DNA of 64,000 nt from a virus: IMG/VR virus record IMGVR_UViG_3300033889_000554. One strand, written 5' to 3'. Under the pieces are notes generated by a model. It saw only the letters and a program-made list of their open reading frames with translations. It searched no databases and was not told the origin of the DNA. Shown piece after piece: positions 19,901 through 29,438 of the stretch (its first letter is position 1; each line of letters opens with the position of its first letter). A program made the translations under genes and the position numbers.

Positions 19901-20427
19901 TAGATTCCTTCGTGCTTGAGCCACATGACGAAGCGGGCCACCGGGTACTGCTCAGACAGGCCAACGGATTTGAAGATGATTCGCAGAAGTGCCAGTCGAA
20001 CACTTCCACTCGCGCCAGCACCCAGCGTGCCGGATGCGGCGTGCAAACCACCGTGGCGTTTGGCCTGGATGTTGAGTTCTTTGAGGTTATCGCTGATGTT
20101 CTGAGGCAGGTTGGCAATGCCTCGAGCGGTCGCTCCGTCCTCAAAAACCGTGTCTACCCAAAGTGCCCGAAGCATTTTGACAAGGTGTGACTTACCTGAA
20201 CCGTAGAACCCACTGACCCAAACGGCTGGCTGCTGAGCCTGGTCGATGTTTTTCATATAGGTTTCGAGGATATGCGACATCCCTTTTTCATATTGTCCTT
20301 CGCAGACGAAAGTTTCCAACTCGTAACGGAGTACGTCCAGCGTCTCGTCATTGACGCTTGCCACCCCTTCATTGACCAGTTTTCTGGTAGCCGGATCTTT
20401 TTGATAAATGTCACGATTAATCATCAT
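16999..20427 (-). CDS. brxC: BREX P-loop ATPase BrxC
   Basis: WVSGFYGSGKSH, LIVLDEVQQY, DYPILP. Start moved to MMINRD at 20427, after a GAGGGG RBS. Confidence 0.93.
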   Translation of the reverse strand: MMINRDIYQKDPATRKLVNEGVASVNDETLDVLRYELETFVCEGQYEKGMSHILETYMKNIDQAQQPAVWVSGFYGSGKSHLVKMLRALWVDTVFEDGATARGIANLPQNISDNLKELNIQAKRHGGLHAASGTLGAGASGSVRLALLRIIFKSVGLSEQYPVARFVMWLKHEGIYDQVRAHVEQNSFDWNEELDNFYVAEGLHDALIQVKPKLFSSAASCVETLNNLYPYVQDVSSDDMLKAIRQALTRDGKFPLTLIVLDEVQQYIGEDSQRSMDVQEAVESCCKNIGGKLLFIGTGQTAVTGTSNLKKLEGRFTIRVELSDTDVDAVIRQVILAKKPEAKKPIEQIMQTNLGEISRHLAGTTVGHRQDDISCFLQDYPILPVRRRFWENTLRVLDQTGTDSQLRNQLSMVHKVIQTNLNEPLGHVVPADYLYFDSADKLLQSRILPRKVHEKTMSWNKGTDEERLMARACGLVFLINKLGSQNSEIGIRATIDNVADLLVENLSFGSSSLRSKLPSLLDKCELLMQVGDEYRIQTEESAAWNDEFLSQRSVLSNEAHRIEAERDDRIRKKFGEIVRKLSLTQGSSKVNRDIYPVFDAQLPSDADQRICVWVRDGWSIDENSVRADSRQAGNKSPTVFVFIPKRSADDLRHHLIDYKAASATLDKRGVSNTPEGTEARAAMETTKQTAEGKIRELFEEAFSGARVFQGGGNEILGNDLQEMVLEASGNALQRLYPQFHTADHVGWPKVYEKAQKGAPDALKAVGDEGEPAKNPVCKAILGFIAGGKKGADIRTQFESSQYGWSRDAVDGGLQVLLVAGLIRAQDERGQILDPKELERKTIGKVMFKVESATITTAQRIQIRKLMQKVGLSAKQGEELAYVPQFLQKMQELADKAGGEAPQPAWPDTTFLDEIRLTGGNEQLLALYNRRDELGSSIDNWSNLAERITKRWPNWTILKRLMVHASEVPDAEVIMAQVQTIEQQCQLLEEPDLVAPLIANLTQLLREELNRLDQEYELRHHQGMERLKEDPNWQQLEPEQRYQLMSTQCLHESARPKVKVQSTSDVLSTLDNCALSMFADRVAAMPARFDNVSTTAAKMCEPEAILVQVPRRTLKTEDEIDAWGEEMKAQLKAALKQGPVVIC

Positions 20428-20438
20428 CAACCCCTCGT

Positions 20439-20990
20439 TCAATATTCCTTGTCCGCAGTGATCGGCACGGCTAAATAATTCCATCCATCATAACCATCCA
20501 GAAGCCTGTAGTTGTTGTTTTCGTAGCTGCCCGGGAAAAAAATCAGCAATCGTCCCTTGACCATCGGCGCCAGCTTATCTACCACCTCTTTTACCTTGAG
20601 AAAGCCAAATAGCGATCCAACGCCTTTGAGTGCAACGACGGAATCAGCTCCAATTTCGTTCTTCTGGAGAAATGACTCGAACTCTTCGGTAATAAAAGTG
20701 AGGTATTTCGGTAGCAGCGTGGCGAGCAGATGTGGCTTCTGGAAGTAACTCTTGGCATACCGTTGCGAGGTGAGCCAAAAAGCAAAGGTGTCGGTCAGGT
20801 CGAAAATGGCCCATTCGTGGCCGGCCTGCCGGGTGACGATTTCAAATTCGTCCACTTTGGCCCGCAACCAGCGCTCTTGAGTCTCGTTGTAGACACAAAA
20901 AATAACACGTTGCGCAGCAGCGGCATCATCGCGCCACGGGACTGAGATGTATTTACTGTAGGACTGTATCAGCCGTTTAACTCTGCTCAC
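20439..20990 (-). CDS. brxB: BREX protein BrxB (DUF1788-like)
   Basis: GVGSLFGF...LLIFFPGSYE...WNYLA; directly upstream of brxC. Confidence 0.85.
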   Translation of the reverse strand: MSRVKRLIQSYSKYISVPWRDDAAAAQRVIFCVYNETQERWLRAKVDEFEIVTRQAGHEWAIFDLTDTFAFWLTSQRYAKSYFQKPHLLATLLPKYLTFITEEFESFLQKNEIGADSVVALKGVGSLFGFLKVKEVVDKLAPMVKGRLLIFFPGSYENNNYRLLDGYDGWNYLAVPITADKEY

Positions 20991-21807
20991 GAAGCCACTC
21001 CATTTCTTTTTGATTCACCAGGTTCGGGAACAAAACCTCAATGACGTCGCCCACGCGTTTAAACACGATCCAACCCTTGCGGGATGCTTCTTCGGCAAGC
21101 TCAATAGTTTTGTCGAAAGAACAATCAAGCAGCTTGATGTATTCCGTTTGGAAAAGTGCCTGTCCCCGCACACCTGAGAGATAGCCAAGGAGCAAGGCAT
21201 AGGAGACGCTCCCGGCAGTTGGATTGGCGCGTGCCCGTACCTTTCGGACGCGACCACAGAGATGGCCAGATTTCGTCCATGTCGAATTGATGTTCTGGGC
21301 CGTCGATTTCAGAGTCGCCTTGCTGAAGCGGCCAGGCTCTTGACCATCAATGAACTCCTCAAGGGACTCGCGGGTAATTGTCGCCCCTTCGGGAATCTTC
21401 AGTATGAACTGTGCCGTGGAACGGAAAATAGGGTCTCGAGCATATGTGCAGAGCATTGCCAGCAGTGGTTGGCCGGAAAGATCGCGATTCCAAAAATACA
21501 GCAGGGCTCGGAAAAGGATGTTTGTACGATCAAGCGAGTAAAGGTCAACCAGGTGTCGATATGTGAGAACACGGGTTTTTCCCGAACGCTTGCCCAAGCA
21601 ATTCTCATCATCAATTGCTTGGAGATAATCGCTTTTATCAGCATCCGGACGGTCGACATAGGTCAGCAAGGCCCGTAGCTCCTCAAGCATCATAGTACGA
21701 GATGTATGAGCGCCACCACGTTCGAAGCTGAACCCGAACCGGGTTAGATTTTTATTCTTTTCCGTCATGCGCACCAGTGTTCTCACTTGCTCCGCCTTTT
21801 CGTACAC
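20977..21807 (-). CDS. brxA: BrxA-like first gene of the BREX operon (alternative start 21768)
   Basis: Position and size; FSKATLKSTAQNINSTWTKSGHL resembles BrxA-family segments. Confidence 0.65.
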   Translation of the reverse strand: MYEKAEQVRTLVRMTEKNKNLTRFGFSFERGGAHTSRTMMLEELRALLTYVDRPDADKSDYLQAIDDENCLGKRSGKTRVLTYRHLVDLYSLDRTNILFRALLYFWNRDLSGQPLLAMLCTYARDPIFRSTAQFILKIPEGATITRESLEEFIDGQEPGRFSKATLKSTAQNINSTWTKSGHLCGRVRKVRARANPTAGSVSYALLLGYLSGVRGQALFQTEYIKLLDCSFDKTIELAEEASRKGWIVFKRVGDVIEVLFPNLVNQKEMEWLREQS

Positions 21808-22376
21808 ACTTATCTATTTCGTCTTTCTTGAGATTCCAGATAAGGCCGATTTTGTGGGCAGGCATGGCTTTTTCGCTGATTCACTTGTAGGCCATATTCC
21901 GCTTAAACGCGGAATCCATATATCATCAATGCAAATTATATAAATAATAAATTTAATAGATAACTTTAATAAATTATCAAAATCAAGTATTTTATGCCAT
22001 TTTATGCTGAATAAATCCGGACATTGTTCTTTAATCTTCCGAATATAAGAATCCCACAAGAGTTCTTTTTAATTCGCAGCAGCCGGATATTATCAATTTG
22101 ATCTCATTCATGATTGTATCCCCAATTTTAACTTCAATTTTCCTCGGCTTTCATCGTCGGGCATGAGATGCCTGACCTGCTGTTGTAAAGAATAGGTAAC
22201 AGCACGCAGTTTAACAATTAGAATATGTGCAAAAATTCTTGATTTCCTCAACTATATTGATGATATGCGATTCCGCTTCCGAACGTTTTCAAATCTTGTG
22301 ATCATTACGCCTCCAAGTGGGTCACTTTTGGATTATTGTACTACATGAGAGTTTCCCGGTTATGGATACCGCCGCG

Positions 22377-22829
22377 TTACTTACGAACTAATGATTTAAT
22401 CCATTGTTTGCCATCCCACATTTCTATGGGAGAGACAAAACTCTTTATTGGTATCGGCTGGTAAGACACCCACCACTCTTCAGGATTTGCTCCCCATTCT
22501 TGGGCAGTATGTTCTAATTCTTGGGCAATTTTTTTTGGGATTTTTTTACAATGTATCTCCCAGTCTGTAATTTTTACATTACGATGGTTGATTTCAATTC
22601 TTATTGGCAAGATACCCGCTTTAAAAAGACCATCTCTTGAAAGTGCTGGTGTTTCTATCCCCGTTGTTGGATCATACAAAGTTTTTCTTACACTCTCTTC
22701 CCATCTTGCGTTTGTTGATAGCCATACACAAGGGATTTCGCCTTCAATAATAATTGTATCACGCCTAATTTTACCATCATGAAAAATCTCCTCTAATGCG
22801 TCAAATGTTGTATAGTGCCAAATTCTCAT
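22377..22829 (-). CDS. Hypothetical protein, possible ADP-ribosyltransferase-like fold
   Basis: 150 aa; WHYTT...IFHDGKI...VWLST...EEW pattern; AAGG RBS. Confidence 0.5.
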   Translation of the reverse strand: MRIWHYTTFDALEEIFHDGKIRRDTIIIEGEIPCVWLSTNARWEESVRKTLYDPTTGIETPALSRDGLFKAGILPIRIEINHRNVKITDWEIHCKKIPKKIAQELEHTAQEWGANPEEWWVSYQPIPIKSFVSPIEMWDGKQWIKSLVRK

Positions 22830-23488
22830 ATTTTACCTTTCTTAAGTTGTTAAATCGTCCGCACTGGTGCGCGCTATCTTTGTATGATTCAATCGTGCTA
22901 ACGTTGCCCATAGGCATCAATATAGCTGTATTTCAATACCGTCCCCGGTTTAGCCGTTGTTGATCTAACCAGCGTTCCTCTACTGTTCGCTGTTCCTGCT
23001 TGGCTTTGCGCTCGATCTCCAGTGCAGCCTTCCACCAGGGGCATCAAACCCTTCTTCGTTAAGTTTTAAAAGAATCTTTCGGGTACGGTTCTGCTTCACT
23101 TGCGCAGAATAATTGCCATCCTGAAGCCGCGCATATTTTGATTGTCTTTTCCCTTTCTCTGCTCTAGCTCCCGTGCTTTTTCCGCCGTGGAGGTAGCAAA
23201 CGCGCTTTACTTTTATGGCAACGTTTTAACAACGTTGGCCGGTGCTTTTTGCTTTGGCTTGGCACATTTCGGCATGTCCCGAAAGTCTGGCCGGTTGAAT
23301 AAAGTTCCATTGGGTAGATTGACATTCCCATAGGATTTTGTCTTGATCATTGATTCTTTTCCCTTTTTTATAGCGTCAGAAAACCCACTCCTTGCATCAT
23401 TTTTTCTGCCGGAAATGTTAGGTTTTGCAAACATCTCATGGATCTCGTTTTTATCCTTACGGAAATATCTTCCAACCTTAACATTTCT

Positions 23489-23809
23489 CTACATCTCATG
23501 GGGTTTGTTTCCTCCGTTGAATATTTTCCGCTTTTTCCAATTCAATGAAGACTTCTTTTTACCCCTTTTGGTTCGTGGCCCGGTGGATAGCCCGCCATGA
23601 AGTTTGCAGCGCCCATTATCATAAATGCCTTTTTGTTTGCAGGGTGTACCGGCTCTGGTTTTCGCTCCACAAGTCATTCCACATAGTTCGTCCGGGAAAG
23701 GCGGCAGATAAGCTTGCCCCTCGTAATCTCGCTTTCCCCATTCTTCGAAAGCCTGTTCGGAAGCCTTACAAAATAGCTTCCAACGTTTTCGTAGTTCCGG
23801 TGTACTCAT
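23489..23809 (-). CDS. HGGxSTG-motif protein
   Basis: CGAKTRAGTPC...GRCKLHGGLSTGPRT; GGAG RBS. Confidence 0.85.
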   Translation of the reverse strand: MSTPELRKRWKLFCKASEQAFEEWGKRDYEGQAYLPPFPDELCGMTCGAKTRAGTPCKQKGIYDNGRCKLHGGLSTGPRTKRGKKKSSLNWKKRKIFNGGNKPHEM

Positions 23810-23931
23810 AATCTGTGCTCCAATCTCGCGTGTGTATCGTTTTGAAAACTCTGTTTTATAGCGTTGCTAAATTCTCCTGTGCGATTCGTATATAACTTAA
23901 TAATAACATTAATTTAAGTTTCATCAGTTAT

Positions 23932-25263
23932 CTATTTATGTAAATCAGTAAATCTGGTCCGCTCTGCATCGAATCTCATCTTGAAATTTCCCGTGGGGCC
24001 GTTACGCTGTTTGCCAATGATGATTTCCGCAAAACCGCGTTCAGGACTATCTTCAGACTGCTCATAAGCCTCGTCTCTGTAAAGGAAAAGAACCAAATCA
24101 GCATCCTGTTCAATGGCTCCAGATTCACGCAAGTCAGACATTTGAGGGCGCTTTATTATGCGATCTTCTACCTTGCGGCTTAGTTGAGAAAGCGCAACCA
24201 CAGGCACTCTCAATTCTTTGGCCAGTGCTTTTAATGAACGGCTTATCTCTGCAATTTCTCTTTCCCGGCTATCATTTCTTCCGGAAACAGTCATAAGTTG
24301 TAGATAGTCCACAATAATAAGGCCAATGTTCTCGTCTATTTTCAATCTGCGGGCCTTGGCTTTAAGTTGCATAGGTGTCAAAACAGAACTGTCATCGATG
24401 AATAAAGGCACTTTGCTGATTTGATCGACAACGGAAACAAGCCGTGCCCAATCATTCACGCCTACAAACCCGCGCCGCAGGTGACTTGAGTTAATCCCTG
24501 ATTGCGATGAAAAAATACGTGTCATGAGCGATTCACCAGACATTTCCAAGGAAAAGATTGCAACCGGTACGCCCGACGTAATGATGTTTTCTGCGATGTT
24601 TACTGCAAAGGCCGTCTTTCCCATTCCCGGTCGTCCGGCAATTATAATGAGCTCGGAATTTTGAAGACCCGATGTCCAGTTATCCAAATCACGAAAGCCG
24701 GTTGAAAGGCCGGTTATTATATCTTTGTTTTGATGACGCTTTTCGATCTCGCTGAACGTCGCCTTGCAGAGCTCTCTCGAATCCTTAAAATCATTTTGCT
24801 TTCGATCTTCAGAAATATTCATGAGTGCATGTTGCGCTGCGTCTAATACTTCCGCGGGGCTTTCTGTATAACCGGAATAAACGTGCTCCGTGATATCTTC
24901 GGCTGCCGTAAGAATTCGTCTCATAGTGGCATGATTTTTTACAATCTGGCAATAATGGGATACATTTACCGCTGTTATGGCCGCGTCCATAATATCGCCT
25001 ATTACCACCTGTCCGCCAATCTTTTCGAGTTTTCCTTTTTGCGAAAGATGATTGCAAAGTGTAAGGGTATCGAACGGTTTGCCGGTATTTGACAATTCGA
25101 TCATTGACTGGAAGATATCGCCAGCGGCATCGGAATAGAAATCTTTGGGCATTACAGTCGACAGGCAAGTATTAATTGCTTTGTTGTCTAACAGAATAGC
25201 TCCGAGAACGGCCTTTTCTACGTCATAGTTATGAGGGGGAACTCGACAATTATTATTTTTCAT
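23932..25263 (-). CDS. dnaB: Replicative DNA helicase DnaB (element-encoded)
   Basis: PPHNYDVEKAVLG, AGRPGMGKT, IVDYLQL, LSQLSR, DLRESGAIEQDAD, KQRNGPTG. Start at 25263 overlaps the initiator stop. Confidence 0.95.
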   Translation of the reverse strand: MKNNNCRVPPHNYDVEKAVLGAILLDNKAINTCLSTVMPKDFYSDAAGDIFQSMIELSNTGKPFDTLTLCNHLSQKGKLEKIGGQVVIGDIMDAAITAVNVSHYCQIVKNHATMRRILTAAEDITEHVYSGYTESPAEVLDAAQHALMNISEDRKQNDFKDSRELCKATFSEIEKRHQNKDIITGLSTGFRDLDNWTSGLQNSELIIIAGRPGMGKTAFAVNIAENIITSGVPVAIFSLEMSGESLMTRIFSSQSGINSSHLRRGFVGVNDWARLVSVVDQISKVPLFIDDSSVLTPMQLKAKARRLKIDENIGLIIVDYLQLMTVSGRNDSREREIAEISRSLKALAKELRVPVVALSQLSRKVEDRIIKRPQMSDLRESGAIEQDADLVLFLYRDEAYEQSEDSPERGFAEIIIGKQRNGPTGNFKMRFDAERTRFTDLHK

Positions 25264-26033
25264 GCTCTTGCCTCCAATGTTACACAACGAATGCAGCCTT
25301 CGCCAAACCGATCCTGGGGCGGAATTTGTGCTCCGCAGCATGGGCAGGTTGAAATAGAAGTTGATTCTTTTGCGTCTTCCTTTACGTTCGTTGATGATGA
25401 AGTTGATTCATTCAGGTAACGGTCAAAGTTACCTGGACGAAACAAAGTTTCCGGATTTAAATATTTTGGATTCTGAATGAAATATGGATCAGCTATTTTG
25501 GCATTGATGACGCGTTTACAATCATCAACTGTTCGACCTTCGTTTAGCCGGGCTTGGATATGCTTTGTATTTCTGTATTGCTTTCCAGTTTTTTGGTTCA
25601 GGTAAGACAAAACTTCGTGACTATATATATTATTCTTATATTCTTTAATGTTTGTATGTGGCCCTTTGTTGGTCACTCGTTGGTCGTTTTGCTGGTCGAT
25701 TTCTAAAACGTTGCCTTGATAAGTATGCCAATTTATAATAGTAATTACCGAAAATTTGTTGGTCGATTTGATGGTCAAATTTCCAACTTTTATAAGAAAA
25801 GCAAGAATGGTGCGGATTTCCCGTTCAGTCAGTCCTGTTTCTTCGGATGCTTTTTTTCGACCGAAAATAAATTGCCCCGGTATCAAAGGAACAACCTGCG
25901 AACCTATAATGGTATCAAATTCTTTATAGCTGGCCTTCATTAAGCAATACGTCCAGAATGCCCATAGCTTATGATTTTTTATCCAGCCGGCATCAATTGA
26001 TTTACGCCATAAATGGACGTATCCCCGGTTCAT
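25260..26033 (-). CDS. Phage-type replication initiator (conserved phage C-terminal domain)
   Basis: N-terminal GYVHLWRK...GQFIFGR...ITIINW; C-terminal YLNQKTGKQYR...ARLNEG...KYLNPETLF...FDRYLNE; coupled to dnaB. Confidence 0.82.
   Translation of the reverse strand: MNRGYVHLWRKSIDAGWIKNHKLWAFWTYCLMKASYKEFDTIIGSQVVPLIPGQFIFGRKKASEETGLTEREIRTILAFLIKVGNLTIKSTNKFSVITIINWHTYQGNVLEIDQQNDQRVTNKGPHTNIKEYKNNIYSHEVLSYLNQKTGKQYRNTKHIQARLNEGRTVDDCKRVINAKIADPYFIQNPKYLNPETLFRPGNFDRYLNESTSSSTNVKEDAKESTSISTCPCCGAQIPPQDRFGEGCIRCVTLEARA
25620..25781. repeat. Putative replication origin: five iteron-like repeats plus AT-rich tract inside the initiator gene
   Basis: GTTGGTCACTC 25668, GTTGGTCGTTTT 25679, GCTGGTCGATTT 25691, GTTGGTCGATTT 25758, GATGGTCAAATT 25770; AT-rich tract at 25620-25660. 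Confidence 0.6.
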
Positions 26034-26052
26034 ACTATACCTCCGGTGACTA

Positions 26053-26220
26053 TCAACCCAAACTTGCGTTCAATAATACAGCAAGCTCTTCTACAGCGGT
26101 TTCATCCTGTCCTTTTTCGTTAGCCTGATCAGCATGTAGAAGAAACACTTTTGCTGAAACCTGGTTTTTCTTAAGAAGGCGGTTATAATTGCTCTTAAAT
26201 CTATTGTTCGCCTTGAACAT
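26053..26220 (-). CDS. Small hypothetical protein (55 aa)
   Basis: Read by hand: MFKANNRFKSNYNRLLKKNQ...LNASLG*, with an AAGGA RBS; lies between alpA and the initiator. Confidence 0.45.
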   Translation of the reverse strand: MFKANNRFKSNYNRLLKKNQVSAKVFLLHADQANEKGQDETAVEELAVLLNASLG

Positions 26221-26405
26221 ATCCTTAACCTTTTTTGAAGAACTCTTTTTACCAATGACGATGACGGAGATTGAACAGTCTATCTAAAGCAATTTGACTA
26301 CTACCTAATCAGCCTCATTTTCTGCATACAAAACGTACTGCTTTAACATACACGGCGTTGGTAAATTTGACATACACAACAAACATGTTTCAATCATTGA
26401 GCGGA

Positions 26406-26642
26406 CTAGCTAGGCTTGTTAGTCAGCTTTCGGATATCCTCAACACGCCAAAGACTCATGCGCTTACCAAATGTTCTAACTGGTTCAGGGTAGATACCTG
26501 CACGGATACCATTCCACCACGAACTTTTGCTGATCGGTATAAGCGGTGGATAGCCTTTGCCTCCGACAATTTGCCAAAGTCGAACGTAGCCTTCATTTGG
26601 TAAACTACGATTGATTTCTTCAAAAGTGATTTTTTTAGGCAT
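26406..26642 (-). CDS. alpA: AlpA-family regulator / recombination directionality factor
   Basis: YVRLWQIV...IPISKSSWWNGIRAGIYPEPV...SLWRVEDI; start at MPKK after AAAGGA. Confidence 0.88.
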   Translation of the reverse strand: MPKKITFEEINRSLPNEGYVRLWQIVGGKGYPPLIPISKSSWWNGIRAGIYPEPVRTFGKRMSLWRVEDIRKLTNKPS

Positions 26643-26764
26643 GATTGATCCTTTCGTTTCGTTTATTGTGAGACGAAGGGTAGCAATAATGTTTAAAGAT
26701 GGATAGATGGAATGAAGTGGATATGTTGGAAAAACGTTACATTTTAAAGACTTTTGGAAAAACG

Positions 26765-27655
26765 TTACGTTCTGGAAGCCTCTCTGTTTTCCCAAGGGTA
26801 AAAAATAATTTTTGTTTTGTCGCGTTTTCGCAAGATGTTGATGATCGTTTTCGTCGAAAGCCCCGTGTATTTAACATTTTCCTTGCGGTCAATTGTTCTT
26901 TTTAATACTGGTTTGCCGTCAGATGTCTTGACTTTTATTAAATCCGGCTCCGCACGCTCTTTGACTCGCTGCGCCATTTTATTTTCAGACAAGTTTTTAA
27001 GCACAGCCTTTTCCGTCTTATCATTCACCATTTTTAAATATGTCTCTATGACAAGACGTTCTTTGATTTCACGTTGTTCTTTTTTTGTTCTTTGGCTATC
27101 TTTGCTGTCCTTCATTCTTTCCAACTTAGCGGTCCAATAACCGATGGCTTCATGTGATTTTGACGTCATATAATATTCAAACCTTGTGAATTTTTGCATC
27201 CAATTTTTTTCTAGATGGAATACGAAATGTGCTAGTCCGAGCACCTGACAAGCGAATGCTAATTTCGGCAATATTTTTTTATCTTGTAAAGTGCTATTCA
27301 GAGCATCACCAATAATTTTATCAACATTGCCTTCAGTAGTAATCCCCAAATGTTGTAAAATGAATGGAGCACAATATGCTATGTCAAGTGTATTCAATTC
27401 AGTTGTCATAAAATTGAATCTTTCAAATTTCTCGAGAATGAAGGATTCCTTTAATGCATCTGGCAAAATCCCATATGATTTTATCTCATGACAACATTGA
27501 TTTAATCTTTCACTCAAAATCAATAAACGATTCGCCGACTGTATTACCGTTTCCTTTAAGCTACTGGCTTTTTCTCTTACATCTTGAATTGATAATGCAT
27601 AGTCAATTATACTGCCATCGATAATTTGCTCTTCTTCAATTTTGTTTTGCTTCAT
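26765..27655 (-). CDS. Hypothetical protein (AT-rich)
   Basis: 296-aa ORF with AAAGGA RBS between the integrase and alpA; no motif recognised. Confidence 0.7.
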   Translation of the reverse strand: MKQNKIEEEQIIDGSIIDYALSIQDVREKASSLKETVIQSANRLLILSERLNQCCHEIKSYGILPDALKESFILEKFERFNFMTTELNTLDIAYCAPFILQHLGITTEGNVDKIIGDALNSTLQDKKILPKLAFACQVLGLAHFVFHLEKNWMQKFTRFEYYMTSKSHEAIGYWTAKLERMKDSKDSQRTKKEQREIKERLVIETYLKMVNDKTEKAVLKNLSENKMAQRVKERAEPDLIKVKTSDGKPVLKRTIDRKENVKYTGLSTKTIINILRKRDKTKIIFYPWENREASRT

Positions 27656-27750
27656 TTATATCCTTTGCTCAGACTTTCTATAGTTAAATCGAGAAAATAA
27701 TTATTTCCTGATTCTTAACAAGCCAGCCTATTCTTAAGTTAAATAATATT

Positions 27751-28971
27751 CTATGACTCTCTCGTTTTTTTGAACGGTAATACCTTTGCTCCTTGTCGCA
27801 AACCATCCAGATAGTCCGCCCAGGTCTGCATCATGTGCCGACGTTCTTCAAGGTGCGCTGTTCGATTATAGGCCCGTCCGTTAGGGTCTCGAACTGCATG
27901 GGCAAGCTGATGTTCGATAAAATCAGGTCTGACCTGTAGTACTTCGTCAAGCATCGTCCGCGCCATAGCCCTAAAGCCATGGCCGGTCATTTCGTCTTTG
28001 GAATAACCCATGCGGCGAAGTGCGGCATTGATAGCATTATTCGACATGGGTCTTACAAATGACCTTCCTGATGGAAACACATATTTGCTCTCACCTGTCA
28101 ATTTTTTCAGTTCGGTCAATATCTCCACGGCTTGGCGGCAAAGCGGAACAATGTGCGGCTGTTTCATCTTCATTTTCTCTGCGGGTATATTCCAGACCGT
28201 CTCATCAAGATCAATTTCCGCCCATTCTGCATGGCGAAGTTCCCCAGGCCGAACAAAAAACATCGGCGCAAGGCGAAGGGCACACTTGACGACGAAATGA
28301 CCCGTATAGCCGTCTATGGCCCTAAGTAATGGGGCAACTTCTTTCGGATCTGTTATAGCTGCATGATGTTTTTCTCCAGGCTGTGGCAATGCCCCCTTAA
28401 GGTCTGCAGCTGGATCACGCTCCGCCCTTCCTGTGGCAACTGCATACCTAAAGACTTGGCCTGCAATAGTTCTAATTCTGTGAGCCGATTCCAAAGCGCC
28501 CCTGCTTTCTACGCGCCTTAATACTGACAACAATTCAGGGGCTTTGATGTCTTTGATTGGCCGCGTCCCTATCCAGGGGAAAAGATCACGTTCAAGACGG
28601 CTCATAATTGTGATTGAATGCCCCGGTGTCCATGTGGGAGTAAATTTCGTATGCCATTCACGAGCAACAACCTCAAAGGTTTCAGTTTCCTCAACTTTTG
28701 CCTGTTTCTGTGCTTTACGAACGGCGCCCGGATCAATATTGTTTGCTAAAAGCCTTCGGGCATCGTCGCGCCGTTGTCGTGCATCCAAAAGACTAATTTC
28801 AGGGTATTTACCAAGGGCAAGCAACTTTTCTTTACCTTCAAAACGATAACGAAAACGCCAAAGTTTGCCGCCTTTCTCTGTCACATGAAGATAAAGACCC
28901 TCGCTGTCAGCCAGTTTATAAAACTTGTCTTTCGGTTTGGCGTTACGAACTTTTAAATCATTCAAGGGCAT
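27751..28971 (-). CDS. int: P4-like tyrosine integrase
   Basis: N-terminal arm-binding domain (GLYLHV...WRFRYR...LALGKYPEISL); catalytic RPGE, HGFR, QLAH, AYNR. Confidence 0.96.
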   Translation of the reverse strand: MPLNDLKVRNAKPKDKFYKLADSEGLYLHVTEKGGKLWRFRYRFEGKEKLLALGKYPEISLLDARQRRDDARRLLANNIDPGAVRKAQKQAKVEETETFEVVAREWHTKFTPTWTPGHSITIMSRLERDLFPWIGTRPIKDIKAPELLSVLRRVESRGALESAHRIRTIAGQVFRYAVATGRAERDPAADLKGALPQPGEKHHAAITDPKEVAPLLRAIDGYTGHFVVKCALRLAPMFFVRPGELRHAEWAEIDLDETVWNIPAEKMKMKQPHIVPLCRQAVEILTELKKLTGESKYVFPSGRSFVRPMSNNAINAALRRMGYSKDEMTGHGFRAMARTMLDEVLQVRPDFIEHQLAHAVRDPNGRAYNRTAHLEERRHMMQTWADYLDGLRQGAKVLPFKKTRES

Positions 28972-28975
28972 AAGA

Positions 28976-29416
28976 TCACCTCGTTATGTTTGTAAGAAGC
29001 GTTCCAATGAATCTGGCTTCATCCACAGTCAGCCGCATGGTATTAGTGCCTTTCCATATTTCAATTTTCCCATCGAAGGTTGCACGAACAGACGGTATTC
29101 TTTCGGCTTCAAGGCTTTCGGCCTTATCACGCGCTTTTTCTTGTTTTCTGATTTCGGAAGGATCAAAACCCTGAGCTAGAAGTTCTTTTGCCGCATTTCT
29201 GCATCTTCTGGCATCCTCAAGGCTTGTTGCCGGGTATGTCCCTAATGCCAAACTCTTGTCCTTGCGTTTGAAACGATATTTGAAGCGCCACCACTTGCCG
29301 CCCGTCGGTAAAATATGCAGATAAAGACCATCGCCATCATAAAGCCTCTAAAGATGGGTTTCATGTTTTGCGGCATCGATATCTGCTTCTGATAAGCAAT
29401 CAATTTTTCTTTGCAT
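28976..29416 (-). pseudogene. Stand-alone integrase arm-binding-domain (DUF4102-like) gene with an in-frame TAG
   Basis: ATG at 29416 reads MQRKIDCLSEADIDAAKHETHL*RLYDGDGLYLHILPTGGKWWRFKYRF...LALGTYPATSL; TAG at 29348-29350; no catalytic domain. Confidence 0.8.
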
Positions 29417-29438
29417 TTTTTGATTTATTTCCTTGTAT

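Noticed and set aside
21814..22059. 81-aa ORF upstream of brxA
   Set aside because: Crosses an AT-rich promoter-like tract, has no clear RBS and no motif.
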